Virus record (IMG/VR): IMGVR_UViG_3300011338_000526
DNA length: 64,000 nt
Strand: one strand, 5' to 3'
From: a virus
Taxonomy: Duplodnaviria > Heunggongvirae > Uroviricota > Caudoviricetes
Shown in pieces: positions 27,851-36,412 of the stretch (positions are counted from its first letter, which is position 1; each line of letters starts with the position of its first letter). The notes beneath the pieces are model-generated. The model saw nothing but the letters and a program-made list of their open reading frames with translations. It was not told the origin of the DNA and searched no databases. Made by a program: the position numbers and the translations under genes.

Positions 27851-28705
27851 ATGGAAATTTCAATTTCAATCGAAGAACTTCGTAAGCGCAAGCTGTTTCT
27901 CGCGGCTCCGATGTATGGGGGGCAATGTGCTGGTATGTTTGCGAAGTCAGTTGCCGATCTAACGTCGCTCTGCACATCTAACGGTATTGAACTGCGCTCT
28001 TACTTCCTGTTCAATGAAAGTTTGATCACTCGCGCGCGGAACTACTGCGTTGATGAATTCATGCGCTCCGACTGCACCCATATGATGTTCATTGATTCGG
28101 ACATCGGCTTTGATCCTCGTGACGTTCTTGCGATGCTTGCGCTTCAGAGCGATGACAGCGAGTATGATGTTCTTGCTGGACCCTATCCCAAGAAGTGCAT
28201 CAGCTGGGAGAAGATTAAGCTTGCTGTTGATAAGGGTATGGCTGATGAAGATCCCAACGTTCTTGAAAAGTATGTCGGTGACTTCGTGTTCAATCCAAAG
28301 GGCGGTGGCGGAAACATCCGTATCGACCAGCCAGTGGAAGTTATGGAAGTCGGCACAGGCTTCATGATGACTCGGCGTTCCGCCTTCGAGAAGTTTGAGG
28401 CAGCATTCCCTCAGTATAGCTACAAGCCTGATCACGTTCGTACTGAAGCCTTCGACGGTTCGCGCGAAATCATGCAGTACTTCCAGGCTGAGATTGATCC
28501 GGTCTCTAAACGATACCTGTCTGAAGACTACTGGTTCTGCCAGAAGATGATCTCTATCGGCGGTAAGGTCTGGTATTGCCCTTGGATGAAGCTGCAGCAC
28601 GTTGGCTCTTACATCTTCGGCGGTTCTCTTGTCGACCTAGCCTCTATCGGCGCTTCTGCTACAGCCGATCCCAGTCAATTGGGAAAGAACAAGAAAAAGG
28701 CTTGA
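27851..28705 (+). CDS. GT-A fold glycosyltransferase
   Basis: ESLITRARN, HMMFIDSDIGF (DxD), GTGFMM, YLSEDY.FC, L.HVG. Confidence 0.75.
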   Translation: MEISISIEELRKRKLFLAAPMYGGQCAGMFAKSVADLTSLCTSNGIELRSYFLFNESLITRARNYCVDEFMRSDCTHMMFIDSDIGFDPRDVLAMLALQSDDSEYDVLAGPYPKKCISWEKIKLAVDKGMADEDPNVLEKYVGDFVFNPKGGGGNIRIDQPVEVMEVGTGFMMTRRSAFEKFEAAFPQYSYKPDHVRTEAFDGSREIMQYFQAEIDPVSKRYLSEDYWFCQKMISIGGKVWYCPWMKLQHVGSYIFGGSLVDLASIGASATADPSQLGKNKKKA

Positions 28706-28730
28706 CTTTTCCTAGAATCTAGTTTATAAT
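28702..28730 (+). promoter_or_regulatory. Sigma70-like promoter
   Basis: TTGACT-N17-TATAAT upstream of gp45. Confidence 0.75.
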
Positions 28731-28758
28731 GACTTTATTGTGACAATGGAGATACATA

Positions 28759-29412
28759 ATGCAACTTAGTGCCAAGACCATCAACGTCCTCAAGAACTTC
28801 TCGACGATCAACCCATCGATCGTCCTGAAGCCTGGGAGCGTCATTTCGACTATCTCACCCAACAAGACCATCATGGCGCGAGCAACCGTTCCTGATCAGT
28901 TTGAGGGAGTGTATGGGTTTTATGCTCTCAATCGTTTCATCAGCGCGTTTTCGCTTTTCGAAAATCCCGAGTTTGAATTCGGGCGCGAATCGGTTGTCAT
29001 CCGTTCCGATAATCGTAAGGGTGTGTATCACTACAGCGATCCTTCGGTTATCATTGTTGCTCCCGAAAAGGAAATCAACCTTCCTACGGTTGACGTTGAG
29101 TTCACTCTCACCAACAAGAACATTCAGGCAGTCATGAAGGCACTCGGCGTTCTTAACCTCCCGGAAATCGCTGTCGTTGGCGACGGCACCACTGTTTCGT
29201 TGCAAGCAGTTGATTCGAAGGTTCCTGCGGCTGACAACTACAGCGTCAACGTTGGAGAGACCGATCTTGTTTTCCGCGCTATCTTCCGAGCAGAGAACAT
29301 GAAGATGATGGATGGCGACTATGAAGTCAAGATCTCATCTAAGGGTATCTCTAAGTTTATCGGCTTGGAGGCAACATACTGGATCGCCGTCGAGGCTTCT
29401 AGCACTTTTTAA
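28759..29412 (+). CDS. gp45: Sliding clamp
   Basis: MQLS.KT..VLKNFSTIN.SI; G.Y.V.IS..GIS.F; YWIA.E. Confidence 0.93.
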   Translation: MQLSAKTINVLKNFSTINPSIVLKPGSVISTISPNKTIMARATVPDQFEGVYGFYALNRFISAFSLFENPEFEFGRESVVIRSDNRKGVYHYSDPSVIIVAPEKEINLPTVDVEFTLTNKNIQAVMKALGVLNLPEIAVVGDGTTVSLQAVDSKVPAADNYSVNVGETDLVFRAIFRAENMKMMDGDYEVKISSKGISKFIGLEATYWIAVEASSTF

Positions 29413-29435
29413 TTGATCACGTAAGGAGACAGAAT

Positions 29436-29699
29436 ATGGATTTTGGTCAGGCTCTCGCCGCTGTTAAGGCAGGAAAGCGAATTGCTCGTGAAGGATGGAA
29501 TGGGAAGGACATGTTCCTCTTCCTGGTTCCGGGTTCTACATTCACTGTTAATCGTGCGCCCCTCTTGGGTATCTACCCTGAGGGAACGCAGATCAACTAT
29601 CACGCTCACATTGATATGAAGACGGTACAAGGATACGTTGTACCTTGGCTGGCTTCTCAATCAGATCTTTTGAGCGACGACTGGGTCATTGTTGATTAA
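29436..29699 (+). CDS. DUF2829-like protein
   Basis: MDFGQAL..VK.GKRIAR.GWNGK.MF; VPWLASQ.D.L..DW. Confidence 0.8.
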   Translation: MDFGQALAAVKAGKRIAREGWNGKDMFLFLVPGSTFTVNRAPLLGIYPEGTQINYHAHIDMKTVQGYVVPWLASQSDLLSDDWVIVD

Positions 29700-29769
29700 T
29701 ACCACTTGACTTTTCGTAGAGAGGCGGTATAATGTGTTACCGCCTCTTTTTTCATTATGGAGATTTGTG

Positions 29770-30120
29770 ATGCCTAAGAACACCGTGACTGAATTTGTTG
29801 CTGAATCCTTTACTAACTCGATTGGTCAGACAATTCAACCTGGCGATCGCGTTGCATATGTGACTAATGGTCGTCACCGTGTTAGTCAAGGTACCGGCTG
29901 GTTTGATGGGGTGATGAAGGATCGGCGTAGCGGAAATGTTGAGTTCACGCGAATTCGTGGAATTCGCAGCACAAAGACTGTTGCGACTGGTAAGATGCTA
30001 ACCCACAGTTACACTTGGCGTAACGAGGTCAAGACATACGAATACCCCGAGTTCGTTGAGGTGCAAGTTGAGCCTCATGGTACAACGCGCCTTCTGTGCC
30101 ACCGCATCTTCAAGATCTGA
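29770..30120 (+). CDS. Hypothetical protein
   Basis: GGAG RBS; own TTGACT/TATAAT promoter at 29706-29733. Confidence 0.65.
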   Translation: MPKNTVTEFVAESFTNSIGQTIQPGDRVAYVTNGRHRVSQGTGWFDGVMKDRRSGNVEFTRIRGIRSTKTVATGKMLTHSYTWRNEVKTYEYPEFVEVQVEPHGTTRLLCHRIFKI

Positions 30121-30127
30121 GGTAAAA

Positions 30128-31066
30128 ATGCTCGAGCAATTCTTGTGGGTCGAAAAGTATCGCCCGAAGACTATCAGTGACACTATCTTGCCTGTGGATC
30201 TGAAGCAGACGTTCCAGCAGTTTGTCGATCAGAAGAACATTCCTAACCTGATTCTTTCTGGCTCCGCTGGCGTGGGTAAGACTACGGTTGCTCGGGCTAT
30301 GCTCGAGGAACTCGGATGCGATTATATCATCATTAACGGTTCGATGAATGGTAACATCGACACTTTGCGGAATGACATCCTCAACTTTGCCTCAGCTGTT
30401 TCGCTAAATGGTGGTCGCAAGTACGTGATCCTTGATGAGGCAGATTACCTCAACCAGAATTCTACGCAGCCTGCGCTGCGTAACTTCATGGAAGAGTTCT
30501 CTAAGAACTGCGGGTTCATCCTGACCTGTAACTTCAAGAATCGTATCATCAAGCCTCTTCATTCTCGTTGCTCCGTGATTGATTTCAAGATCAACAAGAA
30601 GGATATGGCGAAGCTTGCCGTACAGTTTCTGAAGCGCGTAGAGATCATCCTTAAGACCGAGAACATCGAGTATGATAAGGGTGTGGTCGTTTCAGTGATT
30701 GAATCGTTCTTCCCTGATTGGCGTCGGGTTCTCAACGAACTTCAGCGCTACTCTGCTATGGGTAAGATCGACAGCGGAATCCTGTCTAGCTTTCGGAACG
30801 TCTCCATGACTGAGCTGTTTGCTGCATGCAAGGCGAAGAAGTTTGATGAAGTCCGCAAGTGGGTCCACGAACATTCCGATCAGGATCAGAACACAATCTT
30901 CCGTTCTGTTTATGAAGCGGCAGACGCCAGCATTTCCAAGAAGACTATCCCGCTTCTGGTCTTGAAGATCGCTGACTACCAGTATAAGGCTGCCTTCGTG
31001 GTCGATCAGGAGATCAATCTGCTCGCCTTCTTTGTCGAGTGCATGATGGAGCTAGAGTTTGTCTAA
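30128..31066 (+). CDS. gp44: Clamp loader large subunit
   Basis: LWVEKYRP, GSAGVGKTT, ILDEAD, LHSRC, PDWRR.LNELQRY. Confidence 0.96.
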   Translation: MLEQFLWVEKYRPKTISDTILPVDLKQTFQQFVDQKNIPNLILSGSAGVGKTTVARAMLEELGCDYIIINGSMNGNIDTLRNDILNFASAVSLNGGRKYVILDEADYLNQNSTQPALRNFMEEFSKNCGFILTCNFKNRIIKPLHSRCSVIDFKINKKDMAKLAVQFLKRVEIILKTENIEYDKGVVVSVIESFFPDWRRVLNELQRYSAMGKIDSGILSSFRNVSMTELFAACKAKKFDEVRKWVHEHSDQDQNTIFRSVYEAADASISKKTIPLLVLKIADYQYKAAFVVDQEINLLAFFVECMMELEFV

Positions 31067-31590
31067 TGGTTATCCGAGCAAAGAAAAAGAAGGAAGAGAC
31101 CGAAAAGGAATTCGCTTCAACTCTTTTCGGTAAGGTCGAGATCAAGCCAGTAGAGATTGAAGATCAATGGGATTCCGGAACGAACATCTGGACGTTCGTC
31201 AACTCTATCTCCGAGGACAAGAACTATCTGTTTGACGAGCATACAGCCAAGGAATACACCCCGTTCACTATCAATCGGGCATTCTCGATTCATATCGATA
31301 CGCTTCATCATGCGTCGGTCATGAACCAGTGCTACAACCTCGATAAGAAGATGCAGCACGACTATCTGTTCTACTCTCTACCCAAGAAGGTTCGTAGAAA
31401 GAAGTGGCTGAAGAAGTCTGATGATGAAAAGCGCGAGGCTAAGATCCTTGAAGACGTCGCCAACACTATCGGTTTCAATCTGATTAAGGCAAAGTCCTTT
31501 TGGAAGGTCTTGAACGAGAACCAACGCAACGAATTCTTGTCTAAGTATGTTTATCCTGACTCCAAGAACCAAAAAGCGAAACAAAAATAA
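31066..31590 (+). CDS. gp62: Clamp loader small subunit
   Basis: Y.PF.INR.FS...DT...A..MN; Q.DY..YS..K..R..KW.K; lies between gp44 and regA. Confidence 0.85.
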   Translation: MVIRAKKKKEETEKEFASTLFGKVEIKPVEIEDQWDSGTNIWTFVNSISEDKNYLFDEHTAKEYTPFTINRAFSIHIDTLHHASVMNQCYNLDKKMQHDYLFYSLPKKVRRKKWLKKSDDEKREAKILEDVANTIGFNLIKAKSFWKVLNENQRNEFLSKYVYPDSKNQKAKQK

Positions 31591-31629
31591 CCCTAAATAA
31601 AGCAAAAACTGCTTTCATGGGGCACTCGT

Positions 31630-32049
31630 ATGACTTTATTGGATACTCTGCTTGAGGTTAGGATAGCCGAAGACGAAGACTTTCTGAAAATCAAAGAGAC
31701 TTTGACGCGCATCGGTGTTGCCTCGAAAAAAGAAAAGAAGCTTTATCAATCCTGCCACATACTCCATAAGCGTGGGCGTTACTACGTCGTCCACTTTAAA
31801 GAGTTGTTTTTGTTAGATGGTAAACAATCTGACTTCAGCGACGAAGATAGAGGCAGGAGAAACTCAATCGCGAATCTTCTCGAGCAATGGAATCTTGTCG
31901 AGATTGTAGATAAGCAAAAGCACTCAGAGCCTCTTGCAGCGCTGAGCAACATTAAAATCATATCATATAAAGAGAAATCTGATTGGACGTTGCAGTCCAA
32001 ATACACTGTGGGAAAGCGAAAGACTGATGTTAAAATGGTTGCGCCGTAA
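31630..32049 (+). CDS. regA: Translational repressor RegA
   Basis: FLKIKETLTRIGVAS.KEKKLYQSCHILHK.GRYY.VHFKELF.LDGK. Confidence 0.97.
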   Translation: MTLLDTLLEVRIAEDEDFLKIKETLTRIGVASKKEKKLYQSCHILHKRGRYYVVHFKELFLLDGKQSDFSDEDRGRRNSIANLLEQWNLVEIVDKQKHSEPLAALSNIKIISYKEKSDWTLQSKYTVGKRKTDVKMVAP

Positions 32050-32362
32050 GGAAGTTGTAGTGCGCTCTGAGGAGCTTCAGCGAGTGACTGAGCTCCTCTT
32101 TCCGCCGTTAAAGACTGTTGAGAATGAAGGTGGGGTCTATCAAATTGATTACTCCGTTGATAGCAATCTAGAGTCTGCCCTGACTGATCTGAGAGAGGGA
32201 GTGAATGACTCGACAGTTCAGAACACAATCACAAGAGCCATTGAAGCTCTGATTGAGGTTCGAAAGTTACTGCATGCCTATCCCTATCTAGACGAGAGGG
32301 CAAAGTATGTGATCATTGACACACCTGATCAAAACAAAAAAGAGGTAGAAGCAGCCGACTAG
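32027..32362 (+). CDS. Hypothetical protein
   Basis: Clean ORF overlapping the regA end. Confidence 0.6.
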   Translation: MLKWLRRKEVVVRSEELQRVTELLFPPLKTVENEGGVYQIDYSVDSNLESALTDLREGVNDSTVQNTITRAIEALIEVRKLLHAYPYLDERAKYVIIDTPDQNKKEVEAAD

Positions 32363-32381
32363 GCGCTTCTACCTCTCTTCA
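32340..32381. terminator. Bidirectional terminator between convergent operons
   Basis: AGAGGTAGAAGC...GCTTCTACCTCT, with A-run upstream and T-rich run downstream. Confidence 0.75.
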
Positions 32382-32397
32382 TTTACGCGCTGATTGC

Positions 32398-32538
32398 TTA
32401 GCCTTCGTCTTCTGCCTCCTCTGCGTCTATATCCCGATCACCGCATGGACAGAAACGACCAACCTTATCCGGATCACCTTCCCAGCCGCAAACGATGCAA
32501 GACCAGAAATGATTGTCTTCTTCTAGATCATCTTCCAT
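32398..32538 (-). CDS. Small acidic Zn-ribbon protein
   Basis: Manual ORF MEDDLEEDNHFWSCIVCGW...FCPCG; AAGGA RBS. Confidence 0.55.
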   Translation of the reverse strand: MEDDLEEDNHFWSCIVCGWEGDPDKVGRFCPCGDRDIDAEEAEDEG

Positions 32539-32542
32539 AAAT

Positions 32543-32743
32543 TTATCCTTGCTGCTTAAAGCGCCAATCAGTCAGAGGTGCCCGACCCTCAGCGACGACA
32601 TCGAGCATTATTTGCTTGATCTTCTGCTTGTCTTCGGGCGGCATACTTTTAAAGAACCCGAACCAGCTACTGGTCGGCAGTTCTCCGTACACAGTCTGAT
32701 ATAGATCAGAAATCTCGTTCGGTTCAAATTGTTGCTCAGTCAT
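32543..32743 (-). CDS. Hypothetical early protein
   Basis: MTEQQFEPNEISDLYQTVYG...; GGAGG RBS. Confidence 0.6.
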   Translation of the reverse strand: MTEQQFEPNEISDLYQTVYGELPTSSWFGFFKSMPPEDKQKIKQIMLDVVAEGRAPLTDWRFKQQG

Positions 32744-32885
32744 TAAGAACGTCCTCCAAAGTATGGAGGGCAAGCGCGGTAGCCATAAACCCAGACACCC
32801 ACCAACTGGCTGGTACTTGCAAGACCAAATGTACGACTGCCGCCAAACCAAAAACTATGACAAGCAATAGATTCAAAACTTTCAT
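32736..32885 (-). CDS. Small two-TM membrane protein
   Basis: Manual ORF MKVLNLLLVIVFGLAAVVHLV..., 49 aa; GGGAG RBS. Confidence 0.5.
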   Translation of the reverse strand: MKVLNLLLVIVFGLAAVVHLVLQVPASWWVSGFMATALALHTLEDVLND

Positions 32886-32886
32886 T

Positions 32887-33105
32887 TCACTCCCCCTTGT
32901 TACGAAGATAGATTTCGAAACGGTCTTCCGGAAGCCTTGCGATCAAGAGCACAACGCCATAATCCTTAGCCATGCTTTCGATGGTTTCGAAAAAGATCGA
33001 GTGACGAGCGCTGTTCCAATCCGGCTGGAACAAATACGAGCGCCCGAGCTCCTCGAGGTCGTCCCAGATCAATTCAACACAGAACATCATATTCTGATCA
33101 GTCAT
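32887..33105 (-). CDS. Hypothetical early protein
   Basis: ORF with AAGGAG RBS, in operon. Confidence 0.6.
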   Translation of the reverse strand: MTDQNMMFCVELIWDDLEELGRSYLFQPDWNSARHSIFFETIESMAKDYGVVLLIARLPEDRFEIYLRNKGE

Positions 33106-33117
33106 AATTCTTTCTCC

Positions 33118-33354
33118 TTAAGAACGAAAACGACGAAGGGTGATTCGATATGAACCATCCACTCGATCATAGAAGCGAAGACTCACGCCTGCATCCTTAG
33201 CCATCAGCTTGAGCTGCTTGGCCAGCGCGTAGTGCCACTCATGCATCTCTTCGATTTCGACCACAGCAGCTCCGCCGAACTCGAGGTTCATCCAAACCTC
33301 GTTCGTGACCTGCTCGAGAAGCAGTTCTTGCCAGCCGTCCAAAACCAATTCCAT
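33118..33354 (-). CDS. Hypothetical early protein
   Basis: AAGGAG RBS; promoter TTGACT-N17-TATGAT just upstream on the minus strand. Confidence 0.65.
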   Translation of the reverse strand: MELVLDGWQELLLEQVTNEVWMNLEFGGAAVVEIEEMHEWHYALAKQLKLMAKDAGVSLRFYDRVDGSYRITLRRFRS

Positions 33355-33428
33355 AACAATCTCCTTTTCTATGATTGAATCATACTTTAAAATCAGACTG
33401 AAGTCAACACCTATTTTGTTAAGAGGTG

Positions 33429-33890
33429 TTAATCTACTGCAGCGTCGAGGCGAGCGCAGATCTCCACGTAGAACTGGTGATACCGAGCCATACGGGCGAT
33501 GTCCTTCTCGGTCACACCTTTGAGGCGACGAATATCTGTGTTGTGCCGCAGGTCAGACTTCTTAACCATCATGGCGTCACGACTAGCGAAGACACGGACC
33601 TTATACTCATCCAGAGTCTCGCCGGGCACCTTGGTCAGTGCCTTAATGCCAGCAATCACACGTTCACTGATCCCGTTGTCCCGAAGATCCTTGTAGGTCA
33701 CATCGGTGTCTTCAATGACATCGTGACCGAGGGCAATGCACTGCAGTTCCTCGTCGTTAGACTTGAGGTAATGCATGACCTTCATGGGATGAAGGATGTA
33801 GGGCTGACCGCCCCTATCATATTGACCTGCATGAGCGTTGGTAACCAAGACCAACATCCTGCCGAGCATTTCACCCTTTTTCATAATCAA
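33429..33890 (-). CDS. HD-domain small alarmone hydrolase (RelA/SpoT HD, Mesh1-like)
   Basis: H.GQ.D..G.PYI.HP..V, ALGHDVIEDT, VKKSDLRHN. Confidence 0.75.
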   Translation of the reverse strand: MIMKKGEMLGRMLVLVTNAHAGQYDRGGQPYILHPMKVMHYLKSNDEELQCIALGHDVIEDTDVTYKDLRDNGISERVIAGIKALTKVPGETLDEYKVRVFASRDAMMVKKSDLRHNTDIRRLKGVTEKDIARMARYHQFYVEICARLDAAVD

Positions 33891-34138
33891 AGTCCTTCAA
33901 TAAGAGAATAAGCCAGAGCCTGTGGAGAAATATGTGCATCTTCTACGTGAATAATACCGTGGCATGTCGCATAGACTTCGCGACCCTGACCAAACGGTTG
34001 ATACATTTCTCTCTGCACATTGGTTGAATTCCAATCTGGATGGGCGTTCTCGACCCACGCGCGTGCAAGAACTGGCGCGGAATAGACCTTGTTAGCGCGA
34101 AGATAATAGATCGTGTCCGACAATTCAAACTTAAACAT
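33887..34138 (-). CDS. Hypothetical protein
   Basis: Coupled ORF in operon. Confidence 0.6.
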   Translation of the reverse strand: MFKFELSDTIYYLRANKVYSAPVLARAWVENAHPDWNSTNVQREMYQPFGQGREVYATCHGIIHVEDAHISPQALAYSLIEGL

Positions 34139-34308
34139 CAGATTTCATCCTTCTTCGGGGCGTAGATCACGTCAATCTCAGCTTCCGCATCGGGCGTATT
34201 GAGCGCATACCAGGCGGAAGCGTCTCGGTTAGTGTTGAAAGGTCCGACGATCAGCGTGGACAAGCCATCGCGCACGATCATCTTCTTATAGACAAGAACA
34301 TACAGCAT
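34138..34308 (-). CDS. Small hypothetical protein
   Basis: Manual ORF MLYVLVYKKMIVRDG...GPF; AAGGA RBS. Confidence 0.55.
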   Translation of the reverse strand: MLYVLVYKKMIVRDGLSTLIVGPFNTNRDASAWYALNTPDAEAEIDVIYAPKKDEI

Positions 34309-34395
34309 GATTTATATCCTTCTTACTTGCAGCAGGTGACGCGAGCGAACTTCGCGAAAAACTAAATAGGGTTGATATCAAAGGATTTCTCTTTT

Positions 34396-35043
34396 ATGAA
34401 TACACCCTACACGTACTTAATCGGTTGGTCCGATCTTAACGCCTGGTATTACGGCGTGAGATTTTCAAAAAAATGTAGCCCAGAAGAGCTTTGGAAAACT
34501 TATTTTACGTCGTCAAAACACGTAAAAAGGTTCCGCGAAGAACATGGAGAACCTGACGTTGTTGAAATAAGAAAGACCTTCCAAAGCGAACAACTGGCTC
34601 GATTGTGGGAGCACAAGGTTTTAAAAAGATTGAACGCTCCAAAAAACGATAAGTGGTTGAATAAAACGGACAACAAATCGATTTACAACGACAAAGAAAC
34701 CTGCGCGAAAATCGCCTTGGCCAACACAGGAAAAAAGAGGTCGAACCCGCACCCAAGCAAAGGCAATCCACGCCCTGCTAGCAGAGGAAAAATCCCCTGG
34801 AATAAAGGCAAAAAGAACGTGCAATTAATAACGGAAGAAATGAAAAAAGAGAGAAGCGAGTTGACCAAAAAACGTTGGGAATCGGGCGTGTATTCTCACC
34901 GTCCCAAACCTACTGAGGAATCCAATCTTAAAAGAAAAGAAACTCTACAGGGCAGGACGTTCAACGAACAACATAGAGCACGTCTCAGTGAGAACAAAAA
35001 GAAATACTACGCCGAGCTTAGGCTTAGGAACGAGCACAAGTAA
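34396..35043 (+). CDS. GIY-YIG (Seg-like) homing endonuclease, antisense to its neighbours
   Basis: TPYTYLIGW...WYYGVR...WKTYFTSSK; basic repeated C-terminus; CTAAATA late-like promoter at 34362. Confidence 0.8.
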   Translation: MNTPYTYLIGWSDLNAWYYGVRFSKKCSPEELWKTYFTSSKHVKRFREEHGEPDVVEIRKTFQSEQLARLWEHKVLKRLNAPKNDKWLNKTDNKSIYNDKETCAKIALANTGKKRSNPHPSKGNPRPASRGKIPWNKGKKNVQLITEEMKKERSELTKKRWESGVYSHRPKPTEESNLKRKETLQGRTFNEQHRARLSENKKKYYAELRLRNEHK

Positions 35044-35902
35044 CTTGCGCAAACTTCCTCCAGTTCGGCGAGTTGCGGCGGCGGATGGCACCAATCTTAA
35101 GAGCCATCCGCAGGGACAGTTCGCGGAGGCGATCCTGGTTGTCCTCGATGAAATCGATCACATCCAGCTGAGCAGCCTCATCGAGACCGATGTTCTTCAG
35201 GAGACCCATGCGGATGACCTGACGAATGCGGATCATATAGTCACGCTTGGTCTTCATCGCGAGATCGATATAGTGAGCGCGAGAAACCAGAGCCTGCAGG
35301 TGAGGAGCAAGCTTGGAACCGCGATCAATCATCGCATCGAAGTCGTAGTTCGTGATGAAGATAATCGTACCTTCGAACACGAACGACTTCGGCAGACGCT
35401 CGGCAGACTCTTCGTCAATAAGAGTGCCTTCCGTGATATAAGAGATCACGCGACGATCGGAAGAGTCGCAAGCTGCCTTCAGCAGATTGATGGCGGTGTC
35501 ATCGAGGAACACCTCATCGGCGTCATCGAACACCAGCACCTGACCCGCAGCGCGGTGCGAGTAGAGCAGCTTGTAGAGACCGGGAGCCTTGATATAGCCC
35601 TTCACGATCCGGTGATTGACCGTCGAAGGATCCCAGGCTTCAAGAGCCTTCTCGACCGTGTAGGACTTGCCGAGACCAGCCGGACCGGAAGCGATCAGCG
35701 CGCGAACGTCGCCGGAGATCGCCGCCTCGACCATCCCGTCAAGGATCTCGAAGCGATCGGCGAGCTTGGCTTCGATCTCATCGTCGGTCTCGAGGGTCGC
35801 CGGAGCAACCATCGGAGCCACGTTCAGGATCTTAGCGATCTTAGCCGACTTGGCAGAACCGCGACCGGCACGGAAACCATTCTTAGGAACACCACGAGGC
35901 AT
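35024..35902 (-). CDS. AAA+ family ATPase of unknown function
   Basis: SGPAGLGKS Walker A, LVFDDAD Walker B, IIFITN sensor 1, ALVSR arginine finger. Confidence 0.7.
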   Translation of the reverse strand: MPRGVPKNGFRAGRGSAKSAKIAKILNVAPMVAPATLETDDEIEAKLADRFEILDGMVEAAISGDVRALIASGPAGLGKSYTVEKALEAWDPSTVNHRIVKGYIKAPGLYKLLYSHRAAGQVLVFDDADEVFLDDTAINLLKAACDSSDRRVISYITEGTLIDEESAERLPKSFVFEGTIIFITNYDFDAMIDRGSKLAPHLQALVSRAHYIDLAMKTKRDYMIRIRQVIRMGLLKNIGLDEAAQLDVIDFIEDNQDRLRELSLRMALKIGAIRRRNSPNWRKFAQVTCARS

Positions 35903-35931
35903 CAGTTATTTCCCTTCATCATCATATTATC

Positions 35932-35960
35932 ATGATACCCTAAGATCGTAAAAAAGGCAA
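35932..35960 (-). promoter_or_regulatory. Leftward early promoter
   Basis: TTGCCT-N17-TATCAT on the minus strand. Confidence 0.6.
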
Positions 35961-35977
35961 GGGATATAAAATTGAAC

Positions 35978-36395
35978 GAAATCAGTCACTTAGGTCTTAA
36001 CCCATTGAAATCGTTCGATTTTAAAAAACGAAGAAAATTGAGAAAAATCAATCCCCAACGATTCCAACCACTTAGCGAAATCGGCTCTCTCGTTGATCTA
36101 AGGACCGCCGAGCCGGTATTCTTACGGTCTAGAACCGCTAGAGCGGCTAAAACCCGTAAGTCACTGATTTCACAAGACTTTTTCGTTTTAGCCAGTTAGA
36201 AAAAACCTTGTGATTACTGCGACTTAGCGGAGGGGTGTCCGAGAGAGGCTAAGAATCGCGCTCGCTGCTCTAGAACGGTAAGCCATTGAAATCGTTCAAT
36301 TTCAAGATTTTTCGAAAAATCCCCCGATACCCCAAAAAACATTACCCAACGATTTCAGCCACTTAGGTTCTCGGTCGAGCTAAGTCGTTGATTTC
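35978..36395. repeat. Non-coding array of eight TAAG/C-N3-(T/C)TGA-type motifs in inverted pairs
   Basis: Copies at 35978-93, 35998-36015, 36057-75, 36157-71, 36212-27, 36279-96, 36348-66, 36380-95. Confidence 0.75.
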
Positions 36396-36412
36396 TTTCA
36401 AAAAGATAATCC

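Noticed and set aside
27959-28600. 213-aa minus-strand ORF
   Set aside because: Shadow of the glycosyltransferase gene.
34988-35935. 315-aa plus-strand ORF
   Set aside because: Shadow of the minus-strand AAA+ gene.
35667-36199. Short plus-strand ORFs across the repeat array
   Set aside because: Low-complexity translations without RBS; the region is better explained as non-coding repeats.
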